Origin: a virus
Taxonomy: Duplodnaviria > Heunggongvirae > Uroviricota > Caudoviricetes
Virus record (IMG/VR): IMGVR_UViG_3300035208_001992
Direction: 5' to 3' (one strand)
Length of the DNA: 64,000 nucleotides
Part shown: positions 1 through 8,880 of the stretch, piece after piece
Layout: every line of letters begins with the position of its first letter
Position numbering within the stretch: the first letter of the stretch is position 1
Notes under the pieces: model-generated
Told to the model about the DNA's origin: nothing
The model's database searches: none
What the model saw: the letters and a program-made list of their open reading frames with translations, nothing else
Made by a program: the position numbers and the translations under genes

Positions 1-917
1 GCTTCACCAGGCTTACGACCAAACAAGTAGTACTGGCCAGGGCCAGCGCCAGGTTTGATCGTCAGCACTGAAGGATTTGAGCTTGACAGAGATTGCTGTG
101 GTTGCATATGTCGTGCAATGCCAATTGCTTGACGATTGACGTGAACCACTTCAGGAAAACTGAGCTCGCACTTTGGCATGTTGCCAGGAGATACGCGTTG
201 CACCTCATAATGTGGCTCAGTGAACGGCACCAAGAACGAATCTTCATAGTCGAGATTCAGCGTGGTCATTGAAGACCAATACTGATCCTTGACATCGTCA
301 CCTTGGTTGTTGTGTTCGACTCCACCAAGCTCTGGCTGACGCGGCAACCGAATCAACCAATGGCCACCAGCTGATTCATCAGTGATCGAGAAGCCTGAAG
401 TGAAACCGTTGAGCTCTCCGAAGATCAGAGATAGTACGTCAACGATCGATTCAGTCGTGCCTTGATCTCCAGCAAACACAGACAGCGTACAATTGAGCGA
501 TCTGATGATGTGCACAATGCGATAGCAAGTGCGATCAGCAGCGCGAATGACGCCTTGGTCTCTGCCGATGCCCGATGACTTCGGGATCAGGTCACTGCCT
601 GAAATCACGATGCACGGCATGTGCGACTTGATCTCATTCCAGTACTTGAAGATCGGCATCTTGACTTTGTTGTCAGCGTTGGTTGCTTCGTCTGGCACGA
701 AATCAAGATCAGTGACGAACTTCAGCATCGATGGGAATACCGATTTCGTGAGATATCGGTACTTGCCGTCTTCATTGAAATACTTGCCTAGATGGCCCAC
801 TACTGCCGATTTGCAGATGGATTTCACCTGCGTGTGAGACGTTCTGTGAGCGGCCTCCATTGGAGTGACCGCTACAGCTTTTGGAATGTAGCCGTTGCTA
901 GAATAGTCGACTGGCAT
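1..917 (-). CDS. hypothetical protein, partial (C-terminus runs off the window start)
   Basis: Manual minus-strand translation from ATG at 917 (MPVDYSSNGYIPKAV...) stays open for 305 codons to position 1. It is absent from the ORF track because it has no in-window stop. The plus-strand ORF 529..837 is antisense to it. Confidence 0.5.
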   Translation of the reverse strand, partial: MPVDYSSNGYIPKAVAVTPMEAAHRTSHTQVKSICKSAVVGHLGKYFNEDGKYRYLTKSVFPSMLKFVTDLDFVPDEATNADNKVKMPIFKYWNEIKSHMPCIVISGSDLIPKSSGIGRDQGVIRAADRTCYRIVHIIRSLNCTLSVFAGDQGTTESIVDVLSLIFGELNGFTSGFSITDESAGGHWLIRLPRQPELGGVEHNNQGDDVKDQYWSSMTTLNLDYEDSFLVPFTEPHYEVQRVSPGNMPKCELSFPEVVHVNRQAIGIARHMQPQQSLSSSNPSVLTIKPGAGPGQYYLFGRKPGE

Positions 918-974
918 GGTACAATATGAATTGAGTCAAATGTTGGCGTAGCGGTTGAACAATGCGGCTGTTTT

Positions 975-1028
975 GCTCCAGAGAAAACACAAAAAGGCCG
1001 CGAGAGAACTAACTCCCGCGGCCTTGTC
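975..1028 (-). terminator. rho-independent terminator (minus strand) downstream of CDS 1055..1510
   Basis: GC-rich hairpin AAGGCCGCG...CGCGGCCTT (994-1025). On the minus strand it is followed by TTTTTGTGTTTTCTC. Confidence 0.6.
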
Positions 1029-1054
1029 TTAGAAGACTATGTTTGACGCGCTTA

Positions 1055-1510
1055 TTACGTCACTACTACAACCAGATTCGAACGACCAATTGCTGGCTCA
1101 ACGTAAATGCAACGTCGCGACTTCGATACGTAAACTGGAATGTTGACTACCTGCAACATGGTATGAACGTCATCGAAGACTTGAGCCTCTGCTGATTCGT
1201 ATACCGTGACCTTTGGAATGCAGTCGTCACTGAAGTGGCGTTCAATGCCTGCAAGTTGAACAACGTTCTTTGGCGCGTTTTGGTCTGAAGCAAGACTAGC
1301 GCAAAATGAACGATTCACGTCAAACCTGAACACGCTGCTGATTATCTCATAATCAACAGCGTTGACCGACACTATTGCGCAAGCTGTCACAGCCTTCTTG
1401 CTGAGCTCGCAAATGTCCAGTGATTTAATGACGTTGAACTTAAGAGGCATAGTGCTTCTCCTTAAAGCTTTGCGGCAAGTAGCCGCGCTTGATTTTCGTA
1501 CTCGGCCCAT
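1055..1510 (-). CDS. hypothetical protein
   Basis: 151-aa ORF that fits the compact minus-strand gene array; no recognisable motif. Confidence 0.5.
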   Translation of the reverse strand: MGRVRKSSAATCRKALRRSTMPLKFNVIKSLDICELSKKAVTACAIVSVNAVDYEIISSVFRFDVNRSFCASLASDQNAPKNVVQLAGIERHFSDDCIPKVTVYESAEAQVFDDVHTMLQVVNIPVYVSKSRRCIYVEPAIGRSNLVVVVT

Positions 1511-2313
1511 TGTGGCCAGCGTTTTGCTTTAGTCGCATCCAAGATGATGAAGCTATCGATCGAAGGTGCTGGTGTCCGACGCCGCAACAAATCGATCAAG
1601 TCTAACACGTCAGCGCCGAAGTCATGCGGTCGCATATTCAAGTATTGCTCGTAGATCTTGATGAGTTGCTGACGCGGTATCTGCAATGCATTCGAGATCA
1701 ACTTGAGTGACTTGAAGAGCTGCAATGCCGCTTGCAATACAAAGCGCACGTCAGTCTTGAAGACGTATTCGAGACGGACAAGTGACGGCGGGCGTTCACG
1801 ATAGCAGAGCTTGGAGCAGTACATGAACGGTCCAGCTTTGATGCTGTCATTGACGCAGATCATTCCGCAGTTCACGCAGACACGAGATGGCACCATTGAG
1901 TATCTGTTGTGCTTGCGCTGTGACAAGTTCTCGCGAAGCGATGCAACGCGCAGCTTACGTAGTGAACTCAACAAGTGCAATCGAGCATCATCTTCAGAGC
2001 ACTTCAGCGTCTCTGCAATGTCGATGTACGGCCGTTCTGGATTACGACCACGCTGATGCAATCCACAATTCAGTGGCGCACCTTTGACGTGGAAATCGCA
2101 TTGCGCAAGTGAGCATGCAACAACGACAGGAGCTCGAGTTATTGAGCAGTAGTGGCGATCACCAACTATGCGCGCGTGCTCCAATCTTAGCTGATCGATC
2201 AGTTGCGTCTTAGATGCGCTGTCGAGAGCATCGTACTCGCCAAGAAACCACTTGAGTTCTTTCTCCGATGTCATGAGCGCTCCTTCCATATTCGTCGAAG
2301 CGACTTCTTGCAC
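1462..2313 (-). CDS. hypothetical Cys-rich (possibly Zn-binding) protein
   Basis: 283-aa ORF with a CVNCGMICVN...CSKLC cysteine cluster. Confidence 0.5.
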   Translation of the reverse strand: MQEVASTNMEGALMTSEKELKWFLGEYDALDSASKTQLIDQLRLEHARIVGDRHYCSITRAPVVVACSLAQCDFHVKGAPLNCGLHQRGRNPERPYIDIAETLKCSEDDARLHLLSSLRKLRVASLRENLSQRKHNRYSMVPSRVCVNCGMICVNDSIKAGPFMYCSKLCYRERPPSLVRLEYVFKTDVRFVLQAALQLFKSLKLISNALQIPRQQLIKIYEQYLNMRPHDFGADVLDLIDLLRRRTPAPSIDSFIILDATKAKRWPQWAEYENQARLLAAKL

Positions 2314-2915
2314 GTTTCAAAAGTCTTCTTTGGATCTGGCACCTTCAACGAAAGTCGTCTATGCTGCTCGACAGCAACGAACCACAGGCCAATACCAATC
2401 GCATCGAACTGATGTTCTTTGATCGGAAAGTTGTCTGTCTTGCGCTCGCTTTTCAGCACTTGCGGAAAGCCAAAAGCAACAGGCGATGACTCAAGCGCTC
2501 GTACGTTCTTCTCTCCACTGACAACTGAGCCAAGCCAACCTTTCCAAGTCGACGGCATAGTCGGCACAATGAGTTTGATGCCGCGAAGTCGCGCAAGCAC
2601 GTACAAAGCGCCAATCATCAGATTGACGTACTCAGCTGCAGCGCCGCTACCCATGCCTGGTCGCGGAGTTAGTCTCTCCACGCAGAGAGCAGAAAAGTTC
2701 ACGTCTTTGCGACGAAGCAATGCCTTTACCTGAACAAGATGACGACGCCACTGTTGCACGAACTGCATGAACGTGAGGTCATATAGCGTGTTGCCAAACA
2801 TGCCTGTATCAATCACAGCGCCTGTGCTGAGATCTAAAATCGCCCAAGCATAGTTGTCTTTGCCTGGATCGCAAGAGAGGACTGCATTCACAGTTGGCTT
2901 AGTCTTCGTCATCAT
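2271..2915 (-). CDS. RuvC-like Holliday junction resolvase (A22/RuvC fold)
   Basis: N-terminal LSCDPGKDNYAWAILD beta-strand with catalytic Asp, typical of RuvC/YqgF-like resolvases. Start moved to the internal MMTKTK to remove overlap with the upstream gene. Confidence 0.5.
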   Translation of the reverse strand: MMTKTKPTVNAVLSCDPGKDNYAWAILDLSTGAVIDTGMFGNTLYDLTFMQFVQQWRRHLVQVKALLRRKDVNFSALCVERLTPRPGMGSGAAAEYVNLMIGALYVLARLRGIKLIVPTMPSTWKGWLGSVVSGEKNVRALESSPVAFGFPQVLKSERKTDNFPIKEHQFDAIGIGLWFVAVEQHRRLSLKVPDPKKTFETCKKSLRRIWKERS

Positions 2916-3984
2916 CGTCTCCGGCGATTGTCTCAGCAACGTTGTTCCGAGATTGCAGATAATTGGATACAAGCTCGACAGCTAGTTGTTGCTGTTGCGG
3001 TTGCAAACCTTGGCCAGCAAGGTATGTCGGAAGCGGTGAGATCAAATCCATGTCAAACTTGAACTCGTCAGGCTCACCTTCAGTTCCTGTGAAGTCGATG
3101 TCGAGTTCAATTGCAGCGATGTCGCCGTTGGCAGCGACGTTTATCGGTAGTGTTGCGCCTTTTGGCACTGTGCCAGTGAACCTGACATAGTGGCCTTCAG
3201 CTGCAAACGCGATTGCTTCGTCATAGTCGTTAGTGAACCTGAATCCACGTGACTTGATCTCGTGGAACTTGACAAAGTAGCCACGCCACTCGAGAATGCC
3301 ACCGCGAGGATCTTCGTCAGACTTGATTTGGATTGGTGGACCGCTATAGTAAGCGTTCTCAGCAATCTTCTGACGCTTGTGAATGTCACCAAGCATCCAA
3401 CCTGTCACGAAGTCGAGCTTAGGTATCTTGAGATACTTGTCTGACTTGGCTCGCCATGTCTGGCGATGATTCATTGCACCGTACACTGCCTCATGCACAA
3501 CCATGTAGAACGTGTCAACAGGCTGTTGCTTGTACAAGCGTTGCGCGATCGCTGACAACTGCTCTGTTGTTAGATTCTGCTGACACGGAATGCATCCGAA
3601 TCCAATGCCGTAGACATCGATGCGAGCAGGCTTGCCAAGAACCACATGCAAGTTCTTGTTCAACCGCGCGAGGTAGCGCAATGGTTCTAGCAGCGTCAAT
3701 CCCTCAACATAGAAATCGTGATTGCCGTTAATGATGATCACGACAACGCCAGCCAGCAATAAGCGGGTCACGAAATCTAAGAAGAGGTTGCGCTCCTCTT
3801 CCGTGATGTTCTTGCGATCATAGACGTCACCGACAATGTTCGCAATCTTTCTCGGATTTGGATGCGCAATAATGCGCTCATATAGTGCGTCATACATTTC
3901 TTGACAACGCACTAGCTGATCTGGCACAAAGCGGTACGCGCCTGTGTGCAGGTCAGATATGTGGAAGAGTGCTGGAAGTTGCAT
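2899..3984 (-). CDS. SbcD/Mre11-like calcineurin-type phosphoesterase (recombination nuclease subunit)
   Basis: Metallophosphoesterase motifs DLHTG, GDVYDR and IINGNHDF in the expected order; 361 aa. Confidence 0.8.
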   Translation of the reverse strand: MQLPALFHISDLHTGAYRFVPDQLVRCQEMYDALYERIIAHPNPRKIANIVGDVYDRKNITEEERNLFLDFVTRLLLAGVVVIIINGNHDFYVEGLTLLEPLRYLARLNKNLHVVLGKPARIDVYGIGFGCIPCQQNLTTEQLSAIAQRLYKQQPVDTFYMVVHEAVYGAMNHRQTWRAKSDKYLKIPKLDFVTGWMLGDIHKRQKIAENAYYSGPPIQIKSDEDPRGGILEWRGYFVKFHEIKSRGFRFTNDYDEAIAFAAEGHYVRFTGTVPKGATLPINVAANGDIAAIELDIDFTGTEGEPDEFKFDMDLISPLPTYLAGQGLQPQQQQLAVELVSNYLQSRNNVAETIAGDDDDED

Positions 3985-3998
3985 GCGCTAATGATCCA

Positions 3999-5585
3999 TC
4001 AAGCTTCGAGGCCATTGTCGTCTGAAGCAACTGCAGCTGACTCTTCGCCGCCTGCAACGATCAAACGCGAAACAGACTCGCGCTCTAACTGGAACGCGTA
4101 GCCAGAACGGATCTGACGGAGGCAATGCATGTAGACAGCGCGCTTGTATTGCGGGCTCTCAACGAGTTCCTTGAACTGCGCGCGTGAGATGCGTTGACCT
4201 TCATCGAAGATCGGGTTGTCACGACCCTTTTCCTTGACTGGCCGCACATGCATGGTCATCGTGTTGCCACGCTGAAGCATCTGGCCAGTTGCTGTCAGGA
4301 ACGATGCGCAATCCCAGCTTTCGCAGATGCCATCACCGGGAGATCCGTCCTTGAGGAAGCGGATACGGAATGTCGATTCACGGAACGGAGCGAAGGCTTT
4401 GTTCTTCGTGTTCTGGATCTTGGCATACACAAAGCGGTCGACACCGCCATTGAGGCCAGGCTCTTCAGAATACTTCGCGCCAGCGCCAGACGGCACACCA
4501 GCTGTATTTGGACTTACGCGCATGATGCGCGTACGGTTGTCGGAATAGAACTTGAGCGCCTCGCCACCTGGTTCGTATGTTGGATCGCCCATACGCACGC
4601 CAGGATTGAGTCGCAACTGGTTAGTCGAGAACAGCAAGCAGTTCTTCTGGCTGAGTAATGACTTCACAAGCTTGATGTTGTCAGAGAACATGCGTGCCTG
4701 GACTGCCATTGGGCTCTTATCCGGATTCTCGTCGATCGCCTCTGGCAGCAAAGCTGGCCATGAGTCAACGATGAACAGGTACTGCGGCTTGCCTTCACGC
4801 TCGTCCTCAACCCAGTCCTTCCTGGTCTTCGTGACGATCAGCTTCCACCAGTTGCCGTTCGAGTCTTGCCGAACAGTTGGAAGTAGCTTAAGCATACCGT
4901 GCATCGTATTGAAGACGCGTTCGCCAATTGAGTCATCTGAGTAACGAATGATTGGAGGAACGTCCCAACGCGCTTTGTTCTTCATGTCACGAATGCCGAG
5001 CAACTCGTTGAAGCGTAGCCCGAACTTCGAGAAGATCTTGCTGACGTAGTCAGGCGACAACGCGCCTTCGGCGTCGAACCAGTAGATTGGCGTGCCTTGC
5101 AATACGCAAGTAGACGCGAGATAGTTGACAAGCGTCGATTTGCCTGATCCTTCACGACCTGGCGTGATCGTGAAGCGCCGAGGTGCTACGCCACCGCCGC
5201 ATACGAAGTCATACATCAAGCAGCCAGACGCGATCGCGTTCTGGACGAACGATGCCGTGCTGAGCGTTGACGTTGAGATTCCGGTATGGGCTTCGACCTT
5301 GTCGACCAATGAGCTGAATTCAGCAAAAGCAGCAGATGTCAAGATCGCTGGAATCTTCACAAGACCAGTGCGTGAAGCGGTGATCACTGCTGGTGCGTGT
5401 TCGACATCGATAGCGTCGACTTCTGATTCAATTGCACGCTGTGACTTCGCAGGCTTTGCAATAGGCCGTTCATTCACGGTCGCTTCAACCTTGCGCGAGC
5501 GACCAGTGCTGTCTGAGACAGCTGCTGGTGCTTTGGCAGGCTTCATTGGTCTGGCTGGACGGGTCGGTGGCGCAGTTGTCGGCAT
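3999..5585 (-). CDS. RecA/UvsX-like recombinase with Pro/Ala-rich N-terminal extension
   Basis: Walker A GREGSGKST. The block FIVDSWPALLPE...QARMFSDNIKLVKSLLSQKNCLLFSTNQLRLNPGV parallels RecA IVVDSVAAL...QARLMSQALRKL...LIFINQIR. The first ~100 aa are low-complexity PTRPARPMKPAKAPA. Confidence 0.75.
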   Translation of the reverse strand: MPTTAPPTRPARPMKPAKAPAAVSDSTGRSRKVEATVNERPIAKPAKSQRAIESEVDAIDVEHAPAVITASRTGLVKIPAILTSAAFAEFSSLVDKVEAHTGISTSTLSTASFVQNAIASGCLMYDFVCGGGVAPRRFTITPGREGSGKSTLVNYLASTCVLQGTPIYWFDAEGALSPDYVSKIFSKFGLRFNELLGIRDMKNKARWDVPPIIRYSDDSIGERVFNTMHGMLKLLPTVRQDSNGNWWKLIVTKTRKDWVEDEREGKPQYLFIVDSWPALLPEAIDENPDKSPMAVQARMFSDNIKLVKSLLSQKNCLLFSTNQLRLNPGVRMGDPTYEPGGEALKFYSDNRTRIMRVSPNTAGVPSGAGAKYSEEPGLNGGVDRFVYAKIQNTKNKAFAPFRESTFRIRFLKDGSPGDGICESWDCASFLTATGQMLQRGNTMTMHVRPVKEKGRDNPIFDEGQRISRAQFKELVESPQYKRAVYMHCLRQIRSGYAFQLERESVSRLIVAGGEESAAVASDDNGLEA

Positions 5586-5607
5586 ATGTTTCTCCTTCAG
5601 CTCGCGG

Positions 5608-5632
5608 CTGTTAGTCTTTATTTACAAAGTTG
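5608..5632 (-). promoter_or_regulatory. upstream element ATTTACAAAGTT (plus-strand spelling); representative copy ahead of the recA-like gene
   Basis: Other copies at 8858-8870, 15043-15054, 23393-23430, 29102-29114, 38711-38741, 42161-42175, 49535-49572, 52739-52755, 55846-55871, 60921-60960 and 63730-63746. All have the same orientation and all lie 10-120 nt upstream of minus-strand starts. Confidence 0.45.
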
Positions 5633-5638
5633 TTCGAG

Positions 5639-7282
5639 TTAGCTCGGCAGTGTTGTAACCGGATATGTCTTGTGGCAGGCGGGGCAGTGATATTCCATCT
5701 CGTAGAACGAGTTGAATCTCGTTCGCAATGGAGAGTTGCCGCAACTGCACATGACTGGCAGTTCCAGTTCTTGTCGAACTGCACGCATACGACCGTCAGC
5801 AAGAGCTAAACCAAGGAACCGTGACGAGTCTTCTCTGTTTCCATTCGGCATGAAGAACGTTGCTGCAACACTTGTAGTTGCAATAGCTTTTCCGCGTGTG
5901 AACGAATCCCAGAATGACACGTCATGCTCAGCAACGTACTCGCTGAAGTAAGCGTTCAAAGTTGCAACGCGTTGCTCGTCATCTTGTTCAAGGATGAGAT
6001 CATCATAGAGCTCTGTGAGGCCAGTATTCAATGATGAAGGGAAAGCCGCGTCTAACGCCATGACAACGCTACAGCCACGCGATGACAAGTAGATTCCATG
6101 TCCGTTCTTGACAATGAATTTCTTGCGTAGCAACCAGCTTAATGCTGACCAAACTTCTCGTTCACTCAACAAATTGCGTGCAGCATCAGCGATCTCTCGT
6201 AGCGGAACGAGATTGGCGTTCAACTCAAGCCTCGACGCAACTGGTTGCTCAAGCATTATCGGCTTCGTTGTCTTGATGTCTGCAAGCGGTGCAAAGCTTG
6301 GGTAGTGCTCAATTGCGCCCATGTAACGTAGTGATCCAGCAACGCCTGTAAGTTCTACTGCGTCGATCGGCTCACAACACGCGATGCCTGCTTGCACAAC
6401 GAGCCATTCGTACAACGGACGTGCAGCAAGCTCGTCAACAATCATTCGCGGATTGAAGCTTGATGGTTGCGTTGGCCAGAGATACAAATTGCGCGGCGGG
6501 TTTGGCGCTGCTTTCAAGCCCCAAGATTCGACTAACTTGACGTACTCGTCATAGCACTCGTCAGGCATGCCGATTTCGCCACTCGTGATGACGCCTTGAG
6601 CTTGCAGCTTTTCAACAGCAGCCCATAAGCGCTCCCAAGGTACTGGCGCGCAGATTATTGATGCAGGTTGAGCAATAAGTACAGCGTTGCGCTGCGTTGT
6701 TCTCAACGTATCGATGTTGCGTCCACCAGTAAATTCGCGACCATGCTTGTCTTTGAACGAGTATGGTTTATACGCCTGGCAACTACGATGCAATATGCCA
6801 AGTACATATGCTTGTTGACGCGTCAGCTCGATGCTTGCGCCAACGTTGTACATCTGCTCGAACAATGAATTCAAACGTTGACTCAGCATGCGATCGATGA
6901 CGAAGCGCGTATCTGGTCCTGATTCAAGTTCTGTCGTTTGTGTAGACGCGATCGTTGCAGGCCTGAAGTCGTCCGGAAACAAAAAAGAGACCTGTGCGTT
7001 GACACCGCACAAGGCCTCTTGCATGTCTCGAGCTAAAACCCTACCATAGCTGTTAGCGTCGAACACGCCTACAACTTGCTGGCAGCGTGAAGCGAGTGAC
7101 ACGAGCTTCTCAATCTTAGCTTTTGCAAGCGGCTTGAGCTTTGGCCACGCGTCACTCTTCACTTTTGCTGTTTTAGTGTAACGACCGAACAGGGGAAAAT
7201 CCACTGCAACGACTTGGTCCGCTGGAAACGCTGTGCGAAGACTTGGAATCTTCGAACTAGCGTCAGTGACTACAAGTCGCAT
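5639..7282 (-). CDS. Toprim-domain protein, type IA topoisomerase-like with C-terminal zinc ribbon
   Basis: N-terminus MRLVVTDASSKIPSLRTAF resembles the TopA block LVIVESPAKAKTI. Acidic DANSYGRVLARD Toprim motif. LLRKKFIVKNGHGIYLSSRG resembles the topo IA domain-IV LIxRGYV...LxPTxxG. C-terminal CSCG...HCPACH zinc ribbon. Confidence 0.4.
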   Translation of the reverse strand: MRLVVTDASSKIPSLRTAFPADQVVAVDFPLFGRYTKTAKVKSDAWPKLKPLAKAKIEKLVSLASRCQQVVGVFDANSYGRVLARDMQEALCGVNAQVSFLFPDDFRPATIASTQTTELESGPDTRFVIDRMLSQRLNSLFEQMYNVGASIELTRQQAYVLGILHRSCQAYKPYSFKDKHGREFTGGRNIDTLRTTQRNAVLIAQPASIICAPVPWERLWAAVEKLQAQGVITSGEIGMPDECYDEYVKLVESWGLKAAPNPPRNLYLWPTQPSSFNPRMIVDELAARPLYEWLVVQAGIACCEPIDAVELTGVAGSLRYMGAIEHYPSFAPLADIKTTKPIMLEQPVASRLELNANLVPLREIADAARNLLSEREVWSALSWLLRKKFIVKNGHGIYLSSRGCSVVMALDAAFPSSLNTGLTELYDDLILEQDDEQRVATLNAYFSEYVAEHDVSFWDSFTRGKAIATTSVAATFFMPNGNREDSSRFLGLALADGRMRAVRQELELPVMCSCGNSPLRTRFNSFYEMEYHCPACHKTYPVTTLPS

Positions 7283-7561
7283 TGTTTGACTAGCTCCTGA
7301 TTGTTGCGTCGACTAAACGCGTGATCTCAAGGTCTCCAACAGCTGAAGCAGTCTCTTCTCCAGCTGCGTTGTAAAGCACTAGCGCTGGTACGCGCACCCG
7401 CTTGAACACTTCGCAGATTTCGGGCGTTGCCTTGATCCGCTTTATGCGCCAGTTCTTAGCAAGCCTTGACAACGCATCTTCAACGAGACGCGTTGTCAAG
7501 CCAAGCTCAAGAAAAACAGCGGTTGCAATCCCGTCAGCCAGTGCGGTTGCACCGGCATCCA

Positions 7562-8000
7562 TCAGCGTGACTGACGAGGCGGAGGAGCTGCAGGACGACG
7601 TGCTGCGGCCTGTGGAGGCGGAGCAGCGCGACGAGCAGGAGCAGCAGGCGGAGCCGTCATTGGACGCCTGTTAGCGGCCGGAGGCGGAGCAGCATTGCGG
7701 CGCTGCGGTGGCAGCGGAGGATCGTCGAGGTCTACCTCGAATCCATCACCGTCTTCGGGCTCGAGCGGAAGGTCGCCGCCGTCATCGTCGAGTGGCAGAT
7801 CATCATCATAGCTCGGTGCAGGAGCTGCACGACGGCTTGCAGCAGGAGCTGCACCACGGCGGGCTGGAGTCGGAGGCAGATCATCGTCGAGTCCGAGCTC
7901 GTCATCACCGCCGTCATCGAGAAGCGTCTGGCTGCGTGCTTGTCCACGAGCTGGAGCAGCGGCTGCTCCGCGGCCCGGCTGTGCACGTGCATTGCCTCCG
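7562..8000. repeat. GC-rich low-complexity/repetitive segment (CAGGAGCTGCAC(G/C)ACGGC direct repeats)
   Basis: GCAGGAGCTGCACGACGGC at ~7814 and GCAGGAGCTGCACCACGGC at ~7841. GC content rises sharply relative to the ~50% window average. Confidence 0.6.
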
Positions 8001-8740
8001 CCGATGACACCGCCAGTGCGATCCAGCGTGCCGTCGAGAAGAAGAGGGTACTTCTTCTGCGTCAAGTCGCGGATCATCTCGTCGGCGTCGCCAGGAACGT
8101 ACACGGATGCGAAGTCTGTGGCCTCGGACTTGACGATCTGGTACTGCTCGCGAGTGAGACGAACAGGCTGGCCGTATTCAACGATCCAGGTCTCTTGCCC
8201 GGCGTTAGGCGTGTACGTGACATAGACCGAATAGCCGTCAGCCGGATGCCAGATGTTGCCACCGTAGCGCTTGATGATGCGACCGAGCTTCTTGTTGACG
8301 CCCTTGGGCATCATGAACGGCACGAGAGACTTCGACCACTCACGCAGTGCAGGCTGAGCTGCCGACGGGATGCGGAAGAAGACGTCGACCAATGCGCAAC
8401 GCTCAGGCCAACCAAGGTACTCGGAATAAGTCGAGCAGAATGGGCAGCTTTCGACGTTCGTCTGGCCGTTAGCGTGGTTGACGTCGGGGCACTCGAAGCC
8501 GACCTTTTTGGCCTTGCGAGCATCACCGTGCTTGGCTTTGAGTCCGTCTTGTCCTTCGTTCTTGAAGATCCAAGCGTCTTGGACGTCCAAGTACCACCAG
8601 TGACTCGCGATGTAGTACGGGTCCTTAGTGACGATGCGAACTTCGATTTCCTGCTGTGGGTACTGTGACGGCTGCAGCATCTGAATCTGCTGATACCACT
8701 TGATACGTGCTTGGCCTTGGCCAAATCCATCCCATGACAT
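7562..8740 (-). CDS. Zn-binding protein with long disordered Pro/Ala/Arg/Asp-rich C-terminal tail; possible gp32-like ssDNA-binding protein
   Basis: SD AGGAGAACGAAAT precedes the ATG. The globular N-half carries a His+3Cys cluster (ECPDVNHANGQTNVESCPFC) like the T4 gp32 Zn site, and KKLGRIIKRYGGNIW resembles gp32 FKYRFGKKIWDKI. The C-half (nt 7562-8000) is 70% GC and encodes DDDLPLDDDGG...PPAANRRP...ARRAAPPPQAAARRPAAPPP. Confidence 0.4.
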   Translation of the reverse strand: MSWDGFGQGQARIKWYQQIQMLQPSQYPQQEIEVRIVTKDPYYIASHWWYLDVQDAWIFKNEGQDGLKAKHGDARKAKKVGFECPDVNHANGQTNVESCPFCSTYSEYLGWPERCALVDVFFRIPSAAQPALREWSKSLVPFMMPKGVNKKLGRIIKRYGGNIWHPADGYSVYVTYTPNAGQETWIVEYGQPVRLTREQYQIVKSEATDFASVYVPGDADEMIRDLTQKKYPLLLDGTLDRTGGVIGGGNARAQPGRGAAAAPARGQARSQTLLDDGGDDELGLDDDLPPTPARRGAAPAASRRAAPAPSYDDDLPLDDDGGDLPLEPEDGDGFEVDLDDPPLPPQRRNAAPPPAANRRPMTAPPAAPARRAAPPPQAAARRPAAPPPRQSR

Positions 8741-8880
8741 ATTTCGTTCTCCTATGAGCTATTTCGCCTTTGCCGAATTCACGGACTGGCTTACTGCGCA
8801 TTGTGTTGACCGGCCTTTGTTGTTAGACGAAACCGACCGGTAGTTCCATCTGTTGTCTCTTTACAAAGTTAGTTCAAACA

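Noticed and set aside
529-837. 102-aa plus-strand ORF
   Set aside because: Antisense to the long uninterrupted minus-strand frame (1..917) that runs off the window.
7708-8730. Several plus- and minus-frame ORFs (7708..8007, 7940..8668, 8311..8730 and others) inside the GC-rich segment
   Set aside because: They are antisense or alternate-frame artefacts of high GC with low stop-codon frequency. The minus-strand 7562..8740 gene has an SD, a structured N-terminal domain and a continuous frame.
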